Assembly: GCF_027921745.1 (NCBI RefSeq)
Contig: NC_079239.1
Span: 1 to 64,000, forward strand
Direction: 5' to 3'
Origin: Schizosaccharomyces osmophilus
Taxonomy: Eukaryota
Length of the DNA stretch: 64,000 bases
Shown here one piece after another: positions 40,283-50,471 of the stretch. Both the position numbers and the translations under genes were made by a program. The notes beneath the pieces are model-generated. The model saw nothing but the letters and a program-made list of their open reading frames with translations, ran no database searches and was not told where the DNA came from. Positions within the stretch are counted from its first letter, which is position 1. Every line of letters begins with the position of its first letter.

Positions 40283-41101
40283 ATGAGTCAAGGTTTATTT
40301 ACGAACCCATTTGGGATTCCTCCACCATCTGATGATTCTTATGCTTCCTTAAGCCGTTTCATAGCTGAATTCTCACAGGCGATTCCTGGAGACCAGTTTG
40401 CCTCGTTTGCAAATCAACTGTCAAGTCTAAGTGAAGCGCTTATATCCAAATTTCGAGGAGGGACTCGACCGCTAGACAACATGTCTGAAATTCGTGGGAT
40501 GTTTCAAGCTCTTGACGAGAAATTTAAGAATCTAGAAGATGGACAAAATAGCCTCAAAGAAGATATGATTCGAGGACAAAATAGCCTCAAAGAAGAGATG
40601 ATTCGAGGACAAAATAGCCTCCGAGAAGGACAAATAAGGCTAGAAGGAAAACTTGAATCTTTGAACAGTATTTTTTTAGCTAATAAGGGTGATGTCTATT
40701 TACAGTGCCGCGAAATTGATTCCAAAGTTAACAAGACAAGATCTTCAGCGCAGAGATCTGAAAATATCATCAACAGATTCGTTGCGAAAGATACAAAACC
40801 GATTCCATTTGTTAATGGACAGGAACCTCCTACCGAGCTACCTGGGCTAAAAACTATCTCCGACGTTGACAATTTGAATCCACAGCAACTGAAAACGTAT
40901 ACGGAGGGATATGGGTTTAAGTATGACGAGAATGAGCCTCAAAAGTCTCTTAAAAGAAAAATCGCAGACTCTGCTGGTTTTGTTACTCACCAGGATGTTT
41001 TATACGAATTGTCAGACAGCAATGAATCCCTTCGAGACGTAGGAAACCAAAATAGTGCACCAAATCAACGGTCAGGTACACGCAGGCTTCGTCATCATTG
41101 A
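40283..41101 (+). CDS. Mug135/Mug2/Meu2 (DUF1773) family coiled-coil protein, tdk1-family-like, 272 aa
   Basis: First ATG at 40283. Central coiled-coil repeats. C-terminal RSENIINR..PIPFVNGQEPP..LPGL.TISDVDNL...QL..Y.EGYG pattern recalled for Mug135_C. Confidence 0.8.
   Translation: MSQGLFTNPFGIPPPSDDSYASLSRFIAEFSQAIPGDQFASFANQLSSLSEALISKFRGGTRPLDNMSEIRGMFQALDEKFKNLEDGQNSLKEDMIRGQNSLKEEMIRGQNSLREGQIRLEGKLESLNSIFLANKGDVYLQCREIDSKVNKTRSSAQRSENIINRFVAKDTKPIPFVNGQEPPTELPGLKTISDVDNLNPQQLKTYTEGYGFKYDENEPQKSLKRKIADSAGFVTHQDVLYELSDSNESLRDVGNQNSAPNQRSGTRRLRHH
40541..40636 (+). repeat. In-frame tandem repeat: two 33-bp units, one 21-bp unit and a partial unit
   Basis: ggacaaaatagcctcaaagaaga(t/g)atgattcga twice, then ggacaaaatagcctccgagaa, then ggacaaata. 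The 33-bp unit encodes GQNSLKE(D/E)MIR. Confidence 0.92.
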
Positions 41102-41674
41102 TAAATATTACGAGTAGAACAGAATTTTTCTTCTCTTCTTATTATAAAGCTTATTCAAAGCTTTTTATTTTTTTGCTGTTGAAGAAAATAACTTTGATCT
41201 TTTCTAAGCATATTTATTTCAGGTAATGCCTACTCGCCATATTAGACTTTTTTAAGATCGCATAATTATCCTGTATGGCTTTAAACAAGAAAATGGATAC
41301 TCTCTCTGTCTCTTTTTCCCGGTTCTATCGAAGATGAGAGTTATCCTTCATGGTTGATGGTTATTAATAATAACTGATACAAAACTGAGAAACTTCTTAC
41401 TAAGGAAGTAAGTTTACCGTTGATAACTTTTCCAATCAATCTCTCAATGTCTTGAAAAGATACTATACAATTTTCAAAAACCCAAAAAGTTGATCAACGC
41501 TTTTTTATAGGGTTTTGGCAAAAGTCAGCGGATGTTGTCACAATTTTTTTTTTCTTCTTCACGAGAACTCAAAGAGATTCATAAAACAAGCGTTTCTATG
41601 AATCGTTCTCGAGGAGAATGCATCCCATTCAGAAGTATTCTCCCTACAAACAGTTTGGTAGAGCTAATGTTGGT

Positions 41675-41729
41675 GACGACGGCCATACCTAGGCGAAATC
41701 ACCAGTTCCCATCCGATCACTGCATTTAA
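41675..41729 (+). pseudogene. 5S rRNA 5'-half fragment
   Basis: gacgacggccatacctaggcgaaatcaccagttcccatccgatcactgcatttaa matches 5S nt ~1-55, then the match stops. Confidence 0.88.
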
Positions 41730-42157
41730 TTTAAGATTCAGATTCTGTGTTGGATTGAGTGAACGTCGATGAACGCTGTTCCAAATCGGGATAGCGATCA
41801 TGTTCGTTTGTTTTTTTGTTTTTTATTTTTACTTCTTTTTTATGAAATTAATGAAAATTCAATCAATTCAATTGTCGAAAATGCTGGTGAACGTTTCAGT
41901 TGTTATGAAATCATATTTAATGTTGTTTATCGAGGTTACAACATTGTAGGACGTTTCCATTTTTATATTCAAGTTCACAAAGTGTAGTATACAATGCAAC
42001 TTTTTTTTTAACTAGTATCTGTCGAATGGAAGCCGAATTGGTTATTCAAAGATATAGAAGACTGACTAATTGTATGTAAGCTTAGAGTATGTGATTTGTT
42101 GTAATAAGAGTGGTATCTCTCTAGTATGATATAAATGCCAAGAATGTTCATTGGAAT

Positions 42158-42201
42158 GGACGGGAGGGAGCTAATGTTTTCGCCTAGGTGTGGCCGTAGA
42201 C
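42158..42201 (-). pseudogene. 5S rRNA 5' fragment
   Basis: Minus strand GTCTACGGCCACACCTAGGCGAAAACA is identical to the start of the intact 5S, then degenerates. Confidence 0.85.
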
Positions 42202-43247
42202 ACATGCAAGTTCGTCTGAAAGCATCTATGCAGATTGTTCCATACGTTGCTGTTTTGAAATTTAGATTTAGCTTCCTTTTGCTCAACCTTGGTCCTTTGT
42301 GGAACTCAATGGAGGATGCTGGGTAATATACAATGCGTTATTTTTCGTAGCTTAATTCTTTATAACTCAATGCAGCCTGTCATTACTTACTGCAAAGAAA
42401 ATAAAAAGGAGTTCTTGTTCAAAGTAGGATTGTTTTTTTCGTTTTTTCGCTTTTCCGTCAGAGTTGTAGTTCGGTGAAATCACGGATGTTTTTCGATCTT
42501 ATTAACATCAGTTCTCCTCTTTTTCCTAAAAAATAAAGTTTGTTTTTAGACAGACATTCTTAATGTCCAGTACTTCGGTATATCTACAGTCGGAATCTTC
42601 AGACTGGAAGATTCAAGATTGCTGAATACAAATTAATAATTTTAATTTTTGAATAAAATACAAGACAAAAAAGCCATAATTTGTGAATCAGATTGCAATA
42701 TGATTGAAAAAACCAAAAAACAACTGCCTTGCTTACCACACTGTTTTGCAACTGACATATGGAGAAGAAAGTAACGACGTACAAATAAAATGGGAATATG
42801 CGAAAATGTTTGTTCCTTTTCATCGCACAAAAGAGGAATTTTTTACATCATAGATCAGTTTCTAGAGATATTTAGAACAACGTATTTGACAAGGTAAACA
42901 AGCCAAGCTACAAGCCAAAAAAATGCAACGCATCCATGAAAACAAAAGCAGAAACAATACTACTAGTATTAATAATATTCGTAATAATAGTAGACAAAAA
43001 AAAGACCAAAGAACGAGGAACAAAGAAGCTAAAGGAACTAGTTTGAAATCTCTGGAAGAACGCCAATGGTGGCAAGTCATCACAATCTGGAAAGTACTAG
43101 GTCGTTTATAGAATGTTTGTTATTTTCAGTAGTTCAGGTATAGATAGGAGTGAAGTAGGGTTGATTTGACAACATTGACAAAAAAAGAACAAGAATTATT
43201 TTTTTAGTTTATTTTCAAGTGTAGTGTGAAAACAAGCGCTATTTACA

Positions 43248-43679
43248 ATGTCTCTTCAACCTTTCTTCGAGTTGCACCCTTTCCAAGACGTCTTTTCTGA
43301 CTTTCTGAGTTATTCTCCTCGTGTCCAACGCCAAAATCGTGTTGGCGATTTGTCACCTGCTATCGATGTTCACGAAGGCAAAGACACGGTTGCTGTTGAT
43401 GTTGAACTTCCTGGTGTCAAAAAGCAAGACGTTCAAGTTCATTACGACGAAGGAAAGCTTACCATTTCTGGTGAATTTGTGAATGAGCGCAAGAGTGAAA
43501 GCGACAAAGGAAACCAAAGATGGTCGGAACGTCGCTTTGGTTCTTTCTCCCGAACAATCACCATTCCAGACAAGGTAGATGCCGATCGTATTGAAGCTCA
43601 ATTTTCCAATGGCATTTTGAGTATTCTTTTGCCAAAGATTGAGCAATCTCGCTCCAAGAAGCAAATCGCCATTAATTAA
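43248..43679 (+). CDS. hsp16: Small heat shock protein Hsp16, 143 aa
   Basis: Alpha-crystallin domain (ELPGVKK, SERRFGSFSRTI, FSNGILSI). Closely resembles S. pombe Hsp16 (MSLQPFF...). Confidence 0.93.
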   Translation: MSLQPFFELHPFQDVFSDFLSYSPRVQRQNRVGDLSPAIDVHEGKDTVAVDVELPGVKKQDVQVHYDEGKLTISGEFVNERKSESDKGNQRWSERRFGSFSRTITIPDKVDADRIEAQFSNGILSILLPKIEQSRSKKQIAIN

Positions 43680-44114
43680 GCTAAAGGGCTTAGCGGTAAT
43701 GAGTTTATGATGATATGACTATGATGAGAATTTACAAGGGCATAATGAGTTTTTAATATAGAATAGCGTTGTAATGAAAGTTTATTAACTTTAAAAGATA
43801 CTCATTTCAATATTGTTTGTATCAAGTAGTACTATGATTCAAACGATGTAAGCTATGAAATCTAGAATCTGAATTGTAAACCAGTTGTGACTCTATTCTA
43901 TGCACGCTTTTTCAATGTAGTCTTCAATACTATGTGCATTTGACAAGTGTTTTGGCTACCCTATTTATTTTTTGCCTCCTTTCTAATTGTCCTCCAAAAG
44001 GGCTACTACTTGTATTTACGATTTCAGCCCAACTATTAGGTAGAAAACAAATGTAAATAGCGAGATTTGTTTAAAAAGAAAGAAATCAAAAAAAAAAAAA
44101 AGGAATAGAAAAAA

Positions 44115-44233
44115 AGTCTACAGCATCCCGGATTCCCATGTTGTCTCCAACCATAGTACTAACGAGACCCTCAGACGCTTAACTGCAGTGATCGGACGGG
44201 AACTGGTGTTTTCGCCTAGGTGTGGCCGTAGAC
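44115..44233 (-). rRNA. 5S rRNA gene (119 nt) followed by an oligo-T Pol III terminator
   Basis: GTCTACGGCCACACCTAGGCG...GGGAATCCGGGATGCTGTAGACT, then TTTTTT. Confidence 0.97.
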
Positions 44234-44990
44234 ATATCTGGTTGTCTAGACTAGCTACTTCCATATTAAGATACTCGTCCAGTATTTTATTTGGCTTGAT
44301 GTCTTTTGAGATCCATCCCTACTCAGCTCTATCTGTGGTATTTTGTCGCGGTTGAATCGAGAACAATCTAATATTATAAGATTTAAAAACACAATGCTGT
44401 TCGTCTTTTCTATGAATTCACATCCTACTAGGCTGTCACAGCTTTGTTTCTACGCCGCTAAATGTAAGACTTAGCGTATGAGTTTATGGGTTGAAAAACC
44501 TTGTACTTACATATATTTGGATCCACTAATATATTTTCATAGTGCGTCGACTTGAATCCATAAGTAAACGATAATTTAATTTATTAAGCTACACCTGTCG
44601 AATCTTTCGACCTGAAGATTTGTGCTTTCTACGCTGTGAACCAATTTTACCTCTGGTGGTAACCACTTTCCTCCTTGCCATTTATGAAATATATGCGGAG
44701 AGTACTAAGTTCATTACGGCAGAATTTTCTTCAAAAAATTAAATAATCATTAAAAATGGTGTTCTATTCTATTCACGAAGGATATGAACAATGCGTAAAC
44801 AACGGTGCTGTGAAACAAATTAGAAAATTCATAAAAGAGTGAATGAGTAAAGCAATCAAAGTCGAAGAAATTCATTTGATGCTTGCTTTTTTGGACGCAG
44901 AAAAATGCAGAAACTTGATGGACTGTAATTGACATGAATGCTTTCAAAGAAGATGCGAAATATAAAGAATGAAAGCAGGTTCGGTAAAAC

Positions 44991-46008
44991 TCAAACTTCA
45001 GCCCTTTGCTCAGCAAGAGGCTGAAGTTCGATTTCTTCGTTAGGAGGTGGACCATTCCTGCTAATTCTGTTCTGAAAGTTAATGAAAAATCCTATATTAA
45101 GAATACCAAATGTACTTACTAGACGTGTAGACACATGATCTTCAATTGCATCTGGGTTATCTGAACAAGTTAGAACAGTTGATAGAAAATAGAACCTTAC
45201 GAATGAGAAGAACAAAGAAGCATATGTTCAGTACAGCCAAAACAACCAACACCGCAGTTGAATGTATATATTCAAATGCTCCTGATAATTTCAAAGCACC
45301 ACCCCCAATTCCATTGAAAATAATGAGTGTAATTAAGGCTTTACACACAGCTGGTGCAACTTTCTTTGTTGCTCTTCCAGCTTGCGTGAACCATTCTTTA
45401 GGCATTTGAGTTATTACTAATAGTTAGTAAGTCATTAAAAATCCTGAAATTAGTTTCTTACCAATTGTCATTGACAGAAATAGAGCGCACCAAACGCCAA
45501 AAAGTACCCAAACGGCAAGCTGATTAAACGGAATTTCGTAAACAAGAAGAATGACCCTCGCAATAATTAAGCATACATTATATACAATAAAAATAGCAAA
45601 AACAATTGCTAATTCACGAGGCGTCAGATATCTTTTCTTTTTAGAACTTTCTTCTGTTTCAGGAGCCATTTCTAGATCTATAAATTTGTATGAAGCTAAT
45701 GGATGTATTATTAACTGTTCTTTCGTTGTTTGTGAAAAGGATAGAGGTATTCGCCCTGTTTGTTGACACTTATCGACAAGGTTATTAGTTTCAAACCCAT
45801 CAAATAAATAAACAAGCATGATTCTTCCATCATGAACCGTTCCGACAAGAACACAAAGAATTAACCTCTCTATTTTAATTCAACAAATCTTACCTGTATA
45901 CGGAGGAGGCGTACCATCTGAAGGAGACGACCGACTATCTGCCTTTTCATCATTGAGCGTTTTGGAAGACTCATCAGAATCCGAAATAGGAGTATATTTG
46001 TTTTTCAT
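44991..46008 (-). CDS. wtf: wtf-family meiotic driver gene; exons 46008-45894, 45695-45462, 45416-45201, 45160-45120, 45071-44991; long isoform 228 aa, predicted short isoform 181 aa from ATG 45669
   Basis: Exon 1 encodes MKNKYTPISD...TPPPYT with a PY motif. Four GTAAG...YAG introns give one open 687-nt frame. TM segment WVLFGVWCALF; C-terminus ...RAEV. The intron-1 acceptor has three in-frame options. Confidence 0.88.
45757..45767 (-). promoter_or_regulatory. FLEX-like (Mei4 forkhead) motif in wtf intron 1
   Basis: GTCAACAAACA, one mismatch from GTAAACAAACA, ~90 nt upstream of the internal ATG. Confidence 0.55.
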
Positions 46009-46294
46009 ATTTACAATGGCAATTAAAGCCCAAAATGATACTGACTTTTACACTCTAAACGAAATCAACTTTTGAATCGCCGAGAAAAGTCCGTAGGAAC
46101 TGGTTCTACTTTTCAAGGATCTGTCAAAAATCTGTCAAAAAAAGGAATTGGACCTTGCTTAAAAAGCAAACTTTGTTTTGCAACACAAATGTTTCTTTAA
46201 AACCAAAGATGCGAGTTTGAAAAAATCTTGGTAGTGGCTTTTCGCATGTCTCAATTCATAAAAGCAGTGACATTATGTCACTGACTGGTCACAG

Positions 46295-46320
46295 TGTCAC
46301 AGGATGAATCTCACTTAGTA
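46295..46320 (-). mobile_element. Short LTR-terminus fragment
   Basis: tgtcacaggatgaatctcactt matches tgtcacaggacgaatctcactt at 39620. Confidence 0.65.
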
Positions 46321-46371
46321 ATAAACGATGACTCGTTTGGATTGTACTATTACGCAAAATCGCAATGAGGA

Positions 46372-46746
46372 CTGTGTGTCATAACTGGTATACGATATTA
46401 CTAATATTTTGATACAATAATCATATTGTATTATCAAATACGTTATTAAAAAAAATGTTCATTTTTGCGATATAAAATTTTATAAATCTAGAACTAAGGT
46501 TATTTAGAAGCTTATTAATCCTAGAAAGATATATATACCTCTGCTGAGAGCTCAAATCTTCAGATTGGAAGATTTGACTGATCTAGTTAAATAAATTGTC
46601 CTTACAACTTTACCAAGTGAATCAGATCCCTGGAAGCTATTGCTATTCAATCTAAGTAGTATAAAAGCATCCAATTGCCCGAAATTGTAACTACATTTTT
46701 CCACTGATAACTTACTCTCACAACGAGTGAGATCTAACCTATGACA
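46372..46746 (+). mobile_element. Solo LTR-like element, inverted relative to 39620-40025
   Basis: tgtgtcataactggtatacgatattactaatattttgataca ... gatatatatacctctgctgagagctcaaatcttcagattggaag ... cctaTGACA. Confidence 0.78.
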
Positions 46747-46942
46747 GGTTTCTACTTTTGAGACTGCACAGTTACTGATATTATGCGTCCCGTTGGATAT
46801 TGTTCTGCAACTGAGTGATGCAGAGGCCTCCAACTATGAGATGATCACTTCATTATGGCGCGATAAAGAAAACCTATAATCCATATATATGTGTATCTAT
46901 CTAGATTTTTTCAGTAAGTTATTTAAGTTAGTTCTATTTAAT

Positions 46943-47720
46943 ATGCCAAATAAAAGTCTTCCTCTTGAAAACAGAGTCGCCATCGTTACAGGAGGCTCCA
47001 GAGGTATCGGAGCAGGAATTGCTGAAACATTGGCAAGCCGTGGTGCCAAGGTTGCCATTACTTTTACCTCCGAGAGTAGCAAGGGAATTACAGAAAAAAC
47101 TAGTGAATAAGATCAAAGGATTTGGTACTTCAGCAGACGCCATCACTATTCAAGCCGACTTGCGTAACGTTGCAAGTGCTAAGCTAATCGTCGATACTAC
47201 TGTCAAAGCGTTTGGTCCCGTCATTCATATTCTCGTTAATAATGCTGGAGTTTCTTATAAAGGAGCTTCTATTGGAACTACGTCTATTGAGGACCACAAT
47301 AGTATCTTTGACGTAAATGTTCGAGCTGTCTTTTTCATGGGAGAAGCCGTAGCACCCCATCTCCCCAATAAAGGTGGTAGGATCATTAATATCGGAAGCG
47401 CGGCAGGAAGAGAACCATTTGGTTTACCCATATATTGTGCAAGCAAAGCAGCTATTGAAGGGTTCACAAGATGCTGGGCCGCTGAATTAGGTTCTAAAGG
47501 TCATACAGTCAATCAAGTCAATCCGGGTGCGGTGGAGACAGATATGCTAAGGGAAGTAGATATTTCAGTAACTAATATGTTGAAAGCTATGACTCATATG
47601 GAGAACCGCTTTGGACAGCCTCAGGATATTGCAGACGTTGTTGGGTTTCTTGCTGAAGAAAGCAGCCGATGGATCACAGGGCAAGTCATTTCAGCCTCTG
47701 GGGGATTAGCTATGTATTAA
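46943..47720 (+). CDS. Classical SDR (SDR-3), 258 aa if one extra A in the A6 run at 47094-47099 is removed; sequencing error or recent pseudogene
   Basis: Two overlapping ORF-track frames join into a full paralogue (MPNKSLPLENRVAIVTGGSRGIG...YCASK...SGGLAMY) with a single +1 shift. Confidence 0.8.
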
Positions 47721-48866
47721 TTAGATTAAAACAATTATGTTAATATGCAAAGTCGTAGTAATCTTATCGATCTTTTAATAATCGCGAGTTTCCTTCTCAC
47801 TGTGTGGCAAGTTATGAGCTAGCATTTTTTATATGATTTAGTGCGGTTCTATGCAGCTAGAAGATTCATTGAAAGTGATAGCTTTCGCTCAATCCGAATG
47901 ATACAAACTGATTAAAATTAAGACTTTTTTCACCTGAGGTTTAGAGTTACTATCAGACATGTTTGGTCGTCCACTCTTGTTGACGTGTATATATGAATAA
48001 CTTTCCTTACGATACGTTTCTTCATGATATTGGTAGCCCAAGTGTTAGACTTATAGAATTTTCAAAGTTAACAGAGCAGTTCAAGCATATAGCTTATTAT
48101 ATTCGTCTGACATTGAAGATTGAGCAAACATCTACTTTCGGTAAGTTATATTATAAAGTAAAAGTTGTCATTAACAATGATTTATATGCAGAGGCTTACT
48201 CACGAAAGAATAGATGCTATTACGAGATTAATGACGGTTTACTTATCCGCTGTGGGATAGGCTTACTTGTTTACAGATATAAGATTTCATTCGAAATGCC
48301 TCTATTTTAACCTATAAACGCTGCTAAGGTTACGTCTATTTCAGTTTTTTTTTGTTATTCTCTTGGCATAGAGCACAGAAAATTGGTTCATATGAAGACA
48401 ATCCGTGTATTCCCTTTCTTACAGTTCTGTAAACGTAAATGTAAAGCAGACGAAGTAAATTCATTACAGTATGGGAAAATAAAGTAACGAACACACAAGT
48501 AAATAAGTATATATAGTTTTCAATGTGACTTACAGCCAAAATTTCCGTTATCTTTACATACGTAAAGTAAAGCCTTTAAATTAACGGGTTGTTGACTGGA
48601 AATTTACTTACAAACTCTTACAAAACAAACTTTTTACCATTTCCAGTTTTCAAATTTTGTAAATCAAGAATCGGTAGTCCACAGTCTGAACTACATTATA
48701 ACAGCAACCCAATCCATGCTGCGAAACCGGTCCATACGTAATATCAAGTAAACGCAATAAGACATGTATGGAAACGCCAATATCATACGAATTCAAACTT
48801 GTGGTATAAATGAGATAGTAAAAGCACACTATAAGTCTGGAAGGTTCAAAGTACACTGAAACAAAA

Positions 48867-49760
48867 ATGCATCTATCTACACATACTTGGATGAGGCCTG
48901 AGCCTCTAGAAACTACCTTGAAACGTGCTAGCGAACTAGGCTACGAAAGTATCGAATTAGCTGGTATTCCTGAACAGTATCCTATTGAAGAGACGAAAAA
49001 GCTACTTCAAAAGTACGGATTAAAATGCTGGGGAACAGTGACTTTACAGATGGGCGATCATGATCTTGCCGCTTCTAAGCCTGAGCAGCGACAGATGACA
49101 GTACAATACATAAAGGATGTTGTGGATATGGCTGCTGGCTTAGGTGGGAGCATTACAAGTCTAGTGCCCGTGACGGTAGGTAAGCTTGCACCAACCTCAT
49201 CTCCAGAAAACGAATGGAAATGGGTAGTAGAAGGTTTGAAAGAAGTTCATAAGCATGCTTTGTCTCGTGGAATAAAGATTGGTTTGGAACCGCTAAACCG
49301 TTTTGAAACATACTTCCTGAACCGAATTGATCAAGCTCTTGCCCTAGCCGATGCAGTCGGTCCAGAAATGGGGATCGCGTTAGATCCGTTCCACTTGAAT
49401 ATCGAAGAGGCCAATATGTTCTCAGCTATAAAGTCTGCTGGTACAAGAATTTATGATGTTCATGTTTCAGATAATAACAGACTTCCTATTGGAGATGGTA
49501 GCATGGATTGGAAGAGAATATATGAGCTGTTGAAAGAGATAGGATATGATGGAGGATTAGCTGTTGAATTTATGCCCAACATTGACAGGACTCCGGTTAA
49601 TCACACTCAGCAACTTGAAACAAAGGAAGTTGATATTCCTCCAGCATTACGGAAATTCATTGAAGATCATGCTTCTAGTATTTTAAACGATAAATACTTT
49701 ACTAGTTTGATGAAAACATCAGCCGATAACATTCTCTCCCTTCTCGGAAAGTCATCATAA
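48867..49760 (+). CDS. Xylose-isomerase-like TIM-barrel sugar epimerase/isomerase (D-tagatose/psicose 3-epimerase-like), 297 aa
   Basis: LEPLNRFE, LDPFHLNIEE, VHVSDNNR..G.G and AVEF metal-ligand motifs. Confidence 0.88.
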   Translation: MHLSTHTWMRPEPLETTLKRASELGYESIELAGIPEQYPIEETKKLLQKYGLKCWGTVTLQMGDHDLAASKPEQRQMTVQYIKDVVDMAAGLGGSITSLVPVTVGKLAPTSSPENEWKWVVEGLKEVHKHALSRGIKIGLEPLNRFETYFLNRIDQALALADAVGPEMGIALDPFHLNIEEANMFSAIKSAGTRIYDVHVSDNNRLPIGDGSMDWKRIYELLKEIGYDGGLAVEFMPNIDRTPVNHTQQLETKEVDIPPALRKFIEDHASSILNDKYFTSLMKTSADNILSLLGKSS

Positions 49761-50471
49761 TTCTAATGTTCTTCTACTTTTTCAGCTATTGATATATGAT
49801 AATGATACTGTTCAAGCAGCCGATTCACAGTTCGCTATTCTTTACATATGTGATGAGTGCAAAGATAAACAATCATATTATTAAAAACAAAGTTCTTCTT
49901 TCTTTTTCATTAGAGGACATTGAAGAGGCCTGATCCACAAATATGTTGGTAACTTAATTCATCTGTAGTAAAACTCGCGTTTAGGACACGAGATCATTTT
50001 CAACTATCTACATCAGAATAAATTAAGAATAGATTCAAACATAAAACCAGTAAAAATATTTAGCCTCAAGTAATTATTTGTAAGAATTTTATTCTTGTAG
50101 TCCACCTTGTTTGAGATGATGTTATCGTTCTATGTAAACAAAGTTTTTTCTTATCTGCTTTAAGTACACTTACGATATTGACACACTCATATTCAAAACA
50201 TAAATTCGTAGCACTATTACTATGCGTTTAAAGTCTATTAATACTGAATGAACAGTAATAACGCAATTCCCTACAGCCATATGTTTTCTTTACCACATCT
50301 GGTGTTTGTCCTACATTCAAGTTTACAGTCAACAAATTCAACCAAGTATACTTATTACAGATATTGAAAACTAAAAATTCATTTGCATAAAATAATAACT
50401 TTTATATCATCATTGGAATCTGTGGATCCTATTCGTAAAAACATTCATTTAACATTTTTCATTATCTGTAA

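Noticed and set aside
44750..45819. Separate small ORFs at 44750-45055, 45146-45409, 45424-45819 and 45551-45766
   Set aside because: Explained as exon read-through, alternative frames or antisense of the spliced wtf gene.
30361..46746. Full-length retrotransposon between LTR copies
   Set aside because: No gag/pol ORF or RT/integrase motifs; the copies are diverged, in mixed orientation and lack TSDs.
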